Source of the DNA: a virus
IMG/VR virus record: IMGVR_UViG_3300001041_000017
Span: 16,058-80,057 of that record
DNA length: 64,000 nucleotides
Reading direction: 5' to 3' (one strand)
Notes under the pieces: model-generated
What the model saw: only the letters and a program-made list of their open reading frames with translations
Database searches by the model: none
What the model was told of the DNA's origin: nothing
Position numbers and translations under genes: made by a program
Part shown: positions 29,838 to 38,981 of the stretch, piece by piece
Layout of the letters: every line of letters begins with the position of its first letter
Position numbering within the stretch: position 1 is the stretch's first letter

Positions 29838-32132
29838 ATGGCTATATATGAATCTTTATCAACAGCAGGAATAAGGATTAAAGAAAGTCATTTATCAGAA
29901 AATTCTCAGGCAGAAATTAGAAACGTCACTACTATGGACGTTTCTTTTTCTGTTCCTTTTGGATTAGATTCAAATACAAAAGGGTCTACTGGATTCATAA
30001 AAGAAAGACTAGAAACAATCTCCAAAGCTTTACTTGATATGACCAATCATAAAACTCATTCATCTTCTTTTATTTCCTACAAAAATAAATTTCCTAGTTG
30101 GGCAAGAATCGTAGGAATGACGGAAATGGATCTAAATTATAACTTGATCCAATTTCCTGTTTATAAAATTAATAGTTATATAACAAAAGATGCTTTCGTA
30201 AGACAATCAAGGCCTAGAAGTAATTACGGATACTATGAAAATATGTCTTTGGGACAATCTCTTGATGGAGAATATGTTGTCTTACTACAAGCTGACGTAT
30301 CTCAGATTTTAGATTTAGATTTAGAGAGAGAATCTTTAGAGATAAGGAAAGCACATCTCTTTTTATACTTTCCAATGTTTGATAGCTATTTAGAAAAACC
30401 AGAAGTTGAAGTTTATGAAATAGATAGAGACTGGCAAGAAAATAGTGTTACTTGGGCTGAAAGTTTAGCTTTCAACTTAACCTATGTCTTCAACTTCAAC
30501 ATAGTATCTCAGGTTAATAGGGTTAATATTTTAGACTATCTAAAAGATCTGAAAAGTAGAGGAAAGACAGTAGTAAATATTTTATTAAAAACAAAAGTAA
30601 ATAAAACTTTTTCAATATCAGCTAAAGAAACAGAAGATCTTATTATTTCTCCAAAAATAGAATTTGAGTTTAGAGATTTCTTGGAACCTATTTTTTATGG
30701 TTCAAAAAATAAAGTGGGAACATCGGTGATAAGGAGGAAGGATAAACTTGATTTAGAATATTGCACATCAAGAATAATTTCAGAATATCAGAGAGATTCA
30801 GAAGATATTTCTGGAACAGCATTACTAAAAGAATTGAGAGGAGATTCAGATCTTTCTTCTCAGATAAGTCTATCAAATTACGATGGTTCTACGGTTGTTT
30901 CTATGGCCGGAATCAGGCTATCAAATAAGATTTGCACAGTAAATATAGTAGTCTCTTCAAGAATACCTTCTGGGGCTATTATAACGTCTAAAACAAATTA
31001 CAATATGAATTCCTTTGCCGGAATTAGAGGTTCTAATAAAATTTCTACAGCTAAATTGAAAAGCTCTAATAGTATTCATGGGGCAGCCTTTATAAGAGAA
31101 AGAGAAAAGGATGAAATAATTTCAGGAATAAAAATAGTAGGACAATTAAATCAAAAAATTTCTACAGCTAAATTTAGATATTTCTCTGGAATGATTTCAG
31201 ATGCAAGAATCAGAGTAAAAACTAATTCTGACGAAACATCAAATTTGGTTGTTAGGAGATCTTCTAAGCAAGACACTCTAAGTATGGCAAAAATAATTTA
31301 TATTGAAAATATGAATAGCGAAGCCGTTATAAGGGCTATAAAAAACTATGATTTTAATGGGAAAGGTTTTATTTATGCTGAAGTCCTTAATTCAATAAAT
31401 TCTAATGCAATCATTAGACGTAAGGATTTTAAAGACATAACTTCATCCTCTTCTCTTAAAGTAATAAGTAATAAAGAATCAAATGGTTTTATTAGAATTT
31501 CAGAAACAAAAAACGAAAAAAGTTCAGCAATTATTCGGAGAGAAGAACAAAAAGATATAATTTCTGAGTCTATATTGAAGCAAATTTTAGAAACAAATTC
31601 AACAGCAGAAATAAGAGGTTTTAATTATCATAATGAATTTAGTTCTGCTGAAATAAGAATCGAAGAAAGAAAAGATTTAATTTCAGAAACCACTTTAAAA
31701 ATATTCCTGGATGGAAATTCTACAGCCAAATTAGTTTATCCGGCTGACGAAGATTATTTTGGAAATTCAATTATTAGAAGAAAAGATTCTTCTGAAGAAG
31801 AATGTATAGCTACAATTTCAGTACAAAAGTTTTCTGATAGAGCAGGTAAAGTAAAAATAACAATCATAAACCAATTTAATTCTAATGATATTCCAGCACA
31901 AGCATTTATAAGAGTAGATACTTTTAATAGCGATATAATTTCTGGTATGAAAATAAGACAAGAGGATTTATTGGATACTGTTTCAAATGTTATTATAAGA
32001 TCTCAAGAGTCTAGAGAAATCAAGGGATCTGTTATAATTATGGCGAAAAGACACTGGATACCGAATAGGCAAGGTTACGACATTTTTAGTTTTGAAGACA
32101 GAAAACTGCCTAGACAATATAAATATAAATAG
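29838..32132 (+). CDS. Tail protein with DNRLRE-like domain and repetitive beta region
   Basis: 'KDAFVRQ..P.SNYG' and 'WQENSVTW' motifs; S.A.IR repeats. Confidence 0.6.
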   Translation: MAIYESLSTAGIRIKESHLSENSQAEIRNVTTMDVSFSVPFGLDSNTKGSTGFIKERLETISKALLDMTNHKTHSSSFISYKNKFPSWARIVGMTEMDLNYNLIQFPVYKINSYITKDAFVRQSRPRSNYGYYENMSLGQSLDGEYVVLLQADVSQILDLDLERESLEIRKAHLFLYFPMFDSYLEKPEVEVYEIDRDWQENSVTWAESLAFNLTYVFNFNIVSQVNRVNILDYLKDLKSRGKTVVNILLKTKVNKTFSISAKETEDLIISPKIEFEFRDFLEPIFYGSKNKVGTSVIRRKDKLDLEYCTSRIISEYQRDSEDISGTALLKELRGDSDLSSQISLSNYDGSTVVSMAGIRLSNKICTVNIVVSSRIPSGAIITSKTNYNMNSFAGIRGSNKISTAKLKSSNSIHGAAFIREREKDEIISGIKIVGQLNQKISTAKFRYFSGMISDARIRVKTNSDETSNLVVRRSSKQDTLSMAKIIYIENMNSEAVIRAIKNYDFNGKGFIYAEVLNSINSNAIIRRKDFKDITSSSSLKVISNKESNGFIRISETKNEKSSAIIRREEQKDIISESILKQILETNSTAEIRGFNYHNEFSSAEIRIEERKDLISETTLKIFLDGNSTAKLVYPADEDYFGNSIIRRKDSSEEECIATISVQKFSDRAGKVKITIINQFNSNDIPAQAFIRVDTFNSDIISGMKIRQEDLLDTVSNVIIRSQESREIKGSVIIMAKRHWIPNRQGYDIFSFEDRKLPRQYKYK

Positions 32133-32152
32133 ATTAGAGAAGAGGGATTATA

Positions 32153-32527
32153 ATGTCTAGTGAAGAAGTGATTTTAAAAACCTTTCTCCAGCAATATCAG
32201 CAATCTCTTGATATGTTTGGAGATAACTTTAAACGAGTTCACGAAAGGTTGGACGACATGGTTAACAAACAGTTTGTCCCTCTTAGTCAATGTGAAAAGT
32301 ATAGGGGAACTTGTTCTTTCGAAAAAGGTATTACAGAATTGAAAAATGATTTCAATAGTGAGTTAGATGAAATTAAGACGAATGTAAAAACAATGCAAGA
32401 AGAAATATCAAAAAAGGTTTCAGAAATAAAAGTAGGTTGGCCTCCTTGGATTACAATAACAACTAATATTTTATCAACACTACTAACAGCATTGATTATT
32501 TATATTTTAACTACAAAAGGGCATTAG
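32153..32527 (+). CDS. Coiled-coil protein with C-terminal TM helix (lysis-cassette accessory)
   Basis: Hydrophobic C terminus; adjacent to the holin. Confidence 0.55.
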   Translation: MSSEEVILKTFLQQYQQSLDMFGDNFKRVHERLDDMVNKQFVPLSQCEKYRGTCSFEKGITELKNDFNSELDEIKTNVKTMQEEISKKVSEIKVGWPPWITITTNILSTLLTALIIYILTTKGH

Positions 32528-32539
32528 GGGGTTTGTTTA

Positions 32540-32866
32540 ATGGAGAACTTACTTTTAAACTCAAAAATATCAGTATCAACAGTAATAGTATTTTTAAATG
32601 CTTTAGGATATTTATTCAGATTTCATACCAACAAATTAAATAACAAATATATACCTTGGGTTATGGCTGGGATAGGTGTAATTGTTGGTTTGTTATCTTT
32701 TAGAACGATAGACGGGGCTGTGGAAGGGATGGTGATGGGATTGGCCTCTGTTGGTATTCATGGTCTTAGAAGTGGTATTGTTTTTGAAAGTACCACAAAA
32801 GAAATTGTAGCAGAAAAACCTAAAGAAGAAATTAGAACTACAAAAGTTATTGATGATCAAAATTAA
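32540..32866 (+). CDS. Holin
   Basis: 108 aa with 2-3 TM segments; 'NKYIPW...IGV..G' and 'GLASVG.H' motifs; charged C terminus. Confidence 0.75.
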   Translation: MENLLLNSKISVSTVIVFLNALGYLFRFHTNKLNNKYIPWVMAGIGVIVGLLSFRTIDGAVEGMVMGLASVGIHGLRSGIVFESTTKEIVAEKPKEEIRTTKVIDDQN

Positions 32867-32955
32867 AGTTGATTTTCTTTTAGAGTTACTATATATTTAT
32901 ATTTAAGATTCAAACCAATACAGAATTTCTTATTATGGAGATTAGAAATTCTGGG

Positions 32956-32988
32956 GAGAACAGTTTTGCACAACTGTTCTCTTTTTTT
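32956..32988 (+). terminator. Intrinsic terminator ending the late module
   Basis: GAGAACAGTT / AACTGTTCTC stem plus T run. Confidence 0.85.
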
Positions 32989-33081
32989 ATTTGTAAAAGT
33001 ATTTAGATATAATAATAGTTAGGAATATTTAAAATGTTCTACGTGGAACAATTACTTTGTTATAGAAGATAATTTGAGGAA

Positions 33082-34527
33082 GTGATTTATTTGATAGAGT
33101 TAATCATTAAGGATAAAATCAAAATACCCTTAAAAAGTCTTTCAAAGACCTTAATCAAAGAATTGAAAGATATGTTTACTATGAAGAACCCTACATATTA
33201 CAAAATGAGAGCTGCCGGATTTAGACCTACTGAAAATCAGTACATAAGAACTTTTGAGATTGATAAAAAATTCATATCTTTACCCAGAGGCTCCTTCCAG
33301 GAAATACTTAATATTTTTGAAAGAGAAAAGTTGAAGTTTAAAATAATTGATCAGCGAATAGTCAAACCTTTTAAGTTTAAGTCAACTATTAAACTAAAAG
33401 AGTATCAACTAGAACCAGTTAACGAGGCTGTAAAAGCTGAACAAGGAATCATTAAGGGTGTTTGTTCAAGCGGAAAAACAATAATGTTAATTCAAACTAT
33501 GGTTCAACTTGGTCAGAGAACTTTGATTATTGTTCCGACTAAAAAATTACAGGATCAATGGGTTAAGAATTTGAAGGGTTTAATATCAACTTCTGAATCA
33601 ACGACAACGCCCCTGATAGCCTCTTACGGAGGAGGCAAGAAGGAGATAGGAATAGTTACTGTTGGAATCATAAATAGTGTCTCTAAAGACGTTAAAAAAC
33701 TATCCGATATTTTTGGAACTGTTATTGGTGATGAGATACATCGAGCAGCAGCTCCAATGTTTCTAAACATAGTAAATCATATGAAAGCAAAATATAGGAT
33801 AGGTGGTACAGCTACTCCCTACAGAAAAGATGGAAAGCAATTCTTAATGTTTCAAACATTTGGACCGGTTGTAGCCTCAGTAGAAGATTCAGACCTGGAG
33901 GAAGCCGGAGATGCAATGGAGGTAGAAATAAGAGTAATCCCAACAGATTTTTATTACGATCCCAAAGAAATAGGTGAAGAATACGAAAGAATAGATTATA
34001 ATGAATTTCTGAATCAGATTGTTAACGATGAAGAAAGAAACCAATTAATTTTTAGATTTCTAAAGAAAGAATATGATAAAGGAAATTACTCTATTCTTCT
34101 GGCTGATAGATTAGAATTCTGCCATAATTGGAAAGAAGAATTGAAGAAACAAGGAATTAAAGCTAAACTAGCAATCGGAGGTCTTGAAGAAGAATATAAA
34201 TTAGCACAGAGATTGATTGAGAAGGGTAAACTAAGGGTTCTAATTGGCACGGCAGTAGCAGACGAGGGGTTAGACATAAGTCAGCTTAATAGGGGCTTTA
34301 TTTGTACCCCTACAGTTAACAATAAGAGAAGGATAGTTCAACAGGCCGGACGTATGAAGCGGAGACATCCAGGTAAAGTTGATGCTATATGTTATTACGT
34401 CTGGGACAAGAATGTTTTTGATGATTCAGTTCTGGATAAATTAAAAAGTTATTTCAAGACTGTTAAAGTTTTTTCTTTAGGCAAGTGGTATTCGGTGAGA
34501 AATTATAAAAAGATTTTGATATATTAA
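33082..34527 (+). CDS. SF2 DEAD/DEAH-like helicase
   Basis: SSGKT, DEIH, TATP.R.DG, EGLD and QQAGR motifs. Confidence 0.9.
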   Translation: MIYLIELIIKDKIKIPLKSLSKTLIKELKDMFTMKNPTYYKMRAAGFRPTENQYIRTFEIDKKFISLPRGSFQEILNIFEREKLKFKIIDQRIVKPFKFKSTIKLKEYQLEPVNEAVKAEQGIIKGVCSSGKTIMLIQTMVQLGQRTLIIVPTKKLQDQWVKNLKGLISTSESTTTPLIASYGGGKKEIGIVTVGIINSVSKDVKKLSDIFGTVIGDEIHRAAAPMFLNIVNHMKAKYRIGGTATPYRKDGKQFLMFQTFGPVVASVEDSDLEEAGDAMEVEIRVIPTDFYYDPKEIGEEYERIDYNEFLNQIVNDEERNQLIFRFLKKEYDKGNYSILLADRLEFCHNWKEELKKQGIKAKLAIGGLEEEYKLAQRLIEKGKLRVLIGTAVADEGLDISQLNRGFICTPTVNNKRRIVQQAGRMKRRHPGKVDAICYYVWDKNVFDDSVLDKLKSYFKTVKVFSLGKWYSVRNYKKILIY

Positions 34528-34591
34528 AAGAAGGAAGATTATTGGCATGATCATTCCCGTCCTCCTTTCTTTTAATATATCTCTTATGGAA

Positions 34592-34630
34592 AACTTCTGA
34601 GACTTGATAAACCTCAGAAGTTATTTTTTT
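34592..34630 (+). terminator. Intrinsic terminator
   Basis: AACTTCTGAG / CTCAGAAGTT stem plus T run. Confidence 0.75.
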
Positions 34631-34701
34631 CTGGTTTAAAGACGAATAACAGATTTAAGTTTTCCATACTTCCGTTAAACTTATAGAAGAACAATTAAGG
34701 A

Positions 34702-34977
34702 GTGATTTTATTGAATTATATTGAAGACCCTTTTTTATCTATGAAATCTAAAGGAGTATTGGACTGTATTATTTTATTAAGAAAAAAAGGAGAAATAATA
34801 AGTGTTTCTAATATTGGAAACATGGGAACAGATAAAAAGACATCTGTTAGAACATCTATAAAAGAATTAATTGATAATGAGTATATTTATAAAGAAAGAG
34901 CCAAAACAGAAGACGGAAGATATTCTGGTTGGAATTATTATTTAACATCAAAATGTTATCCTAAAAAGAAAAAATAG
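34702..34977 (+). CDS. Winged-HTH protein (replication-associated)
   Basis: 'LS.KSKGVL', 'SVRTSIKELID..YI' and 'GR..GW.Y' motifs. Confidence 0.65.
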   Translation: MILLNYIEDPFLSMKSKGVLDCIILLRKKGEIISVSNIGNMGTDKKTSVRTSIKELIDNEYIYKERAKTEDGRYSGWNYYLTSKCYPKKKK

Positions 34978-36162
34978 GTGAAATATATGAATAATAAATG
35001 TTTACTATATGAAAAAGGACCATACTTTACTGGTTGTTTTGCTATTTTTGAAACAGATTGGTCTTTATCTGAAAGAATGGTTTATATATATTTATTTAGT
35101 TTACAAAGTGAATTTAAAAAAGTCTTTCCTAGTTATCAAACTATAGCTGATAGATGTTTGATTAGCAGAAGAACAGCTATCTCTGCAATTCAAAAATTAG
35201 AAAGTATAGGAATAATAGAAAAAACAACGAGTGTAGATTATAATGGTATAAATAATTCTAATAGTTATATTATTCAAGATATTTTTACAGACGAATATAT
35301 AGTCAGAGTCTCTAGCAGAATGGGGGTTAACAGAACAGAAGTCGGAGATTCTAATATAGTGAAATCATTTCACTATGAAAATAAAAAAAGTAAGAAAAAA
35401 GCCATTTCACCACCAAAGAGTAAAAAACCTATGAGTACCAAGAAGGTTGGTGGTGATCTCAGATCACCCAATATCTCTTTTAACAATACTAATAATATTT
35501 CTATTAATAATAAAGAAATAGATAATAATAAGATACGAAGTACAGAGCCAGCAAAAATGAAAAAAATTAAATATGCAAAAAAAGAAAATTCTATCTCTGG
35601 TAATTCTAAAAACAAAACTTCAGCTTTAGATCAGTTTCAAAAACTGAGACAAACTGAATCGAAAAGCAACACAAGAAAAGAAACAATAGAAAAATTTAAA
35701 AAGTATCCAAGTAAAAGATTTATTTCTTGGAAGATTAAAGAACCTTCCAAATGGAACAAGTTAGAGATGTTAGGGTTCTACCTATCTACTTGGTTAGAAT
35801 TTAGCGAATCAGAAGATCCAGAATTCAAAAGAAACAGCAGATTCTCAAAAGAAAGTCATTTACTTGGATTATTTGTAGAAAAATTTTTTGATGGAAACAA
35901 AGAAGAATTTAAGAAATATACTCTCTGGTGTTTTGATTATATTTTCAACTCTGGAGATAGTGACTGGATTCAAAATGCAGGATTTTATAAAATATATTCT
36001 AATTATAATAATTTATTTTGGAAAACTTTCAAAACTTCCAAAAATAAATCTAGTAAGAAAAATAAGAAAGATACTTCTTGGGGAAATGTTGAAACATGGA
36101 GATCTAAATATAAAGATTTAGATGAGTTAAAACCTCAAATGGGAGTCAGGAAGAAAACCTAG
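34978..36162 (+). CDS. Replication initiator (HTH_36-like)
   Basis: 'FPSYQTIADRCLISRRTAISAIQKLESIGII...SNSY'; precedes the loader and helicase genes. Confidence 0.8.
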   Translation: MKYMNNKCLLYEKGPYFTGCFAIFETDWSLSERMVYIYLFSLQSEFKKVFPSYQTIADRCLISRRTAISAIQKLESIGIIEKTTSVDYNGINNSNSYIIQDIFTDEYIVRVSSRMGVNRTEVGDSNIVKSFHYENKKSKKKAISPPKSKKPMSTKKVGGDLRSPNISFNNTNNISINNKEIDNNKIRSTEPAKMKKIKYAKKENSISGNSKNKTSALDQFQKLRQTESKSNTRKETIEKFKKYPSKRFISWKIKEPSKWNKLEMLGFYLSTWLEFSESEDPEFKRNSRFSKESHLLGLFVEKFFDGNKEEFKKYTLWCFDYIFNSGDSDWIQNAGFYKIYSNYNNLFWKTFKTSKNKSSKKNKKDTSWGNVETWRSKYKDLDELKPQMGVRKKT

Positions 36163-36297
36163 ACTTATAATTTGATATTAGAATACAACTACAACGTGTC
36201 CTACATTCTTTAATTTATGAGCAAACATCATTTAGGTACGAATTTACCTTTAAATCTAAAATAAGCCTTCTAAGGCTTTTAAAAAGGAGATGTTATT

Positions 36298-36954
36298 TTG
36301 TTAACAGAAGAGCTACGAAACAACTCTTGGTTTAGAAATTGTCATTTTTCAAACATTCCAAAAAAATTCATAAATTCTAAGTTAGATGATTTTCGTATTT
36401 TAGGAAAAAATAAAGAAAAAAAATTAAATCAAGAAAGTTTAAAATCGGTAAAATTATATATAGAAAACTTAGAAGAAAATATTATCAACGGAAAAGGAAT
36501 TATTTTATGCGGACCCTTTGGAGTTGGCAAAACAATGCTTCTTTCAATAATAGCTATGAATATTTTGAAAAGTTTATCTAGGGTAAACGCAAAAATTAGA
36601 AATGAGAAAGATATTTTTGAAAATAAATCATACTTTATTTTAGCAAACACATTAATAGATTTGGTTTTCAGATCAAATCTTACTGACAAAGAATTGAAAA
36701 TGAGAAGTAAGATAAAAGATATCTCCGCTTTATTTATTGATGACTTACTGAAATTCAAGAAAACAAAAAGTGAGGTCGAGTTAGATTTCCTGGATGAAAT
36801 TTTAAGAACAAGACATCATAATAATTTAATCACTTGCATGACTATTCAGGTAGGTTCATCTGAATTGGATAAATGGTTGCCAGAAAATATAATTGAGTTA
36901 TTAGAAAACTTTGTAGTTCTAAATTTCGTTGGAGATAGTCAACGTGGGAAGTAA
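36298..36954 (+). CDS. DnaC/IstB-like helicase loader ATPase
   Basis: GPFGVGKT Walker A, LFIDD Walker B and G.SQR motif. Confidence 0.85.
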   Translation: MLTEELRNNSWFRNCHFSNIPKKFINSKLDDFRILGKNKEKKLNQESLKSVKLYIENLEENIINGKGIILCGPFGVGKTMLLSIIAMNILKSLSRVNAKIRNEKDIFENKSYFILANTLIDLVFRSNLTDKELKMRSKIKDISALFIDDLLKFKKTKSEVELDFLDEILRTRHHNNLITCMTIQVGSSELDKWLPENIIELLENFVVLNFVGDSQRGK

Positions 36955-38272
36955 AGTAATAAACCATAATGTTAGGAATGAACAAATAGTTCTTTCTAGT
37001 ATGATTCAATCACCAAAACATAGAAGAAAGTTTACAAAACTTCTTCAAGAAAGAAATTTCATAGGTAAAAAACACAAGACAATATTCACGGCTCTAAAAA
37101 TAATCGGAGAAAGAAATATGAAATTTGACGAAGATACTCTAGATCAGATTATTGGAGATGAAGAATATGGTGGATATAAATACATCCGAAAACTGAAAGA
37201 TTTATTTGGAAAAAACGATAACATAGAATTTCACATCAAAAAACTATTAGAGGATTCCGTTAGAATTAATTTATTAGAAAAACGAGGAACGAAATTTTAT
37301 GAAATGTTGGAAGATCCCAGAACCGAAATTGAGGACCTTCTAAAAATAACATCAAAAATAAATCAAGAATTAAGAAGCGGAAGAACTCTAAACAAAACTA
37401 AATCAGGAAAACAATTAAACGAAATCTATATGAGAGATTTTACGGAAAGAAGAAAGAAGAGTATTTTCGTCCCAACACATTTAGGAGATGATTTTGATTC
37501 TGGACTAACTGAAGGGTTAGCAAGAAAAAGAGTTTCAATCTGGGCTGGCCGTCCTAGTATGGGTAAAACTACAGTCGTTGCAAACGTAATAAATAGATTA
37601 ATCAATAACGGAAAGAAAGTTTTAGCTGCCCCAATTGAGGGAGGGGATGTTTCATTTCTGGATGCACTTTTAGCAATGAGAACCGAGATTACTTTAGATG
37701 AGTTAATAAAATTCCCTCACGTTATGAAAAAGAAAAGAGTATGTAGAGTTAAGAGAACCATGATTGAAATTACAAATAACAAAAACTTAGTTCTGTTAGA
37801 TGATCCAGATACAACTCTGGATGAGATAGGAGTAATTTTGGAAGAAGGAAATTTTGATGCTTGTTTCATAGATCGTTTTGAAAATCTGAGAGATATAAAC
37901 TCAGACAGAGAAACGCTAGATAGAAAGTTGAAACAAGTTCAAAATATGAGTAAGGCTATAGACGTACATATTGGCTTATTAAGCCAGATAAAAAGACTTG
38001 GGGATAGTTTTACAAAAAAAGATAAAAGACCGACTCTGGAACAGCTAAAGAACGCTGGAGCATATGAAGAGATAGCGGATCTTATATTTCTAATCTACCG
38101 TCATAAATATTATAACCCCTGGGTAGAAGAGGATATAGTTGAGATTAACGCTGCCAAACAAAGAAGAGGGAAACAGAACCATATTGGGTACATAGAATTT
38201 CATGGGAACATATCAAAGCTAGGTGAGGAAAGAGAACCGGAAAACGAAAATACTGAGAATGAAGTTTTCTAA
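36929..38272 (+). CDS. dnaB: Replicative DNA helicase DnaB-like (start probably GTG 36944)
   Basis: AGRPSMGKT, LSQI.R, RPTL..LK.AG..E..AD and AKQRRG motifs. Confidence 0.9.
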   Translation: MEIVNVGSKVINHNVRNEQIVLSSMIQSPKHRRKFTKLLQERNFIGKKHKTIFTALKIIGERNMKFDEDTLDQIIGDEEYGGYKYIRKLKDLFGKNDNIEFHIKKLLEDSVRINLLEKRGTKFYEMLEDPRTEIEDLLKITSKINQELRSGRTLNKTKSGKQLNEIYMRDFTERRKKSIFVPTHLGDDFDSGLTEGLARKRVSIWAGRPSMGKTTVVANVINRLINNGKKVLAAPIEGGDVSFLDALLAMRTEITLDELIKFPHVMKKKRVCRVKRTMIEITNNKNLVLLDDPDTTLDEIGVILEEGNFDACFIDRFENLRDINSDRETLDRKLKQVQNMSKAIDVHIGLLSQIKRLGDSFTKKDKRPTLEQLKNAGAYEEIADLIFLIYRHKYYNPWVEEDIVEINAAKQRRGKQNHIGYIEFHGNISKLGEEREPENENTENEVF

Positions 38273-38282
38273 AATATCTTTA

Positions 38283-38311
38283 TTGACAAGGTATTTTGTA
38301 TGATTTATAAT
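38283..38311 (+). promoter_or_regulatory. Consensus sigma-A promoter
   Basis: TTGACA-N17-TATAAT. Confidence 0.85.
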
Positions 38312-38341
38312 GTATAAAAATCATATAGGCGGTGAAAATTT

Positions 38342-38587
38342 ATGGAAAAATCCTGCGAGGAAAAGTTGTTTCTACTTCAGGAAAAACACAATAAAGTATT
38401 AAGAAGTCTTCAGGATCTTACGGAGTGTCTGAAACTGGCTGTTAAAGAAAGGGATTATCTAATAAATCAAAGGGAAGAAATTAATAGAATGTTAGATCTT
38501 TTAGGCGTTCCGAGAGAATTGAACGGAGATCCTCTTACTATTCCTAATCGTTTAAAAGAAGTATCTCCTCTTTATAAAGAAAAGTAA
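38342..38587 (+). CDS. Coiled-coil hypothetical protein with its own promoter
   Basis: ORF flanked by a promoter and a long palindrome. Confidence 0.6.
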   Translation: MEKSCEEKLFLLQEKHNKVLRSLQDLTECLKLAVKERDYLINQREEINRMLDLLGVPRELNGDPLTIPNRLKEVSPLYKEK

Positions 38588-38654
38588 AAATAATCCCGAC
38601 TGTTCATTTAAAAAAGTGTTGGGTGTGAAAAGTATTTGAAAAAGTAAAAACAAT

Positions 38655-38707
38655 TAAAAGTACGCCGTGTAGAAAAGGTTTAACCTTTTCTACACGGCGT
38701 ACTTTTA
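38655..38707. repeat. 53-bp perfect palindrome (26-bp arms, 1-nt centre)
   Basis: TAAAAGTACGCCGTGTAGAAAAGGTT T AACCTTTTCTACACGGCGTACTTTTA. Confidence 0.95.
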
Positions 38708-38780
38708 TTTTCAAAACAAGGGAAATTACCTTAACTGATTAGATATATTAAAGATAAGAGATAAAATTATTAAAGAAGGG

Positions 38781-38981
38781 GTGTTAATTTTGAAAAAGGA
38801 AAGATGGAAAAAATTAAGTAAGAAAGATCAAAGAAAGAAAAGGCTTAGTCGTTGCAATTTTATGGAGAGAGATAGTAATATCGGATATATGAAAGACTTT
38901 ATAAAATCCGGTCTAGCCAAAAGTTTAGATTTAGAAAACATAACCTATCCTATAAATTCTGCTGGAAAACTGACTTATTAA
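38781..38981 (+). CDS. Small basic hypothetical protein
   Basis: RBS; abuts the primase start. Confidence 0.5.
   Translation: MLILKKERWKKLSKKDQRKKRLSRCNFMERDSNIGYMKDFIKSGLAKSLDLENITYPINSAGKLTY

Noticed and set aside
38655-38707. Protelomerase (telRL) site
   Set aside because: The palindrome has an odd 1-nt centre, no protelomerase gene is in the window, and the phage has an integrase.
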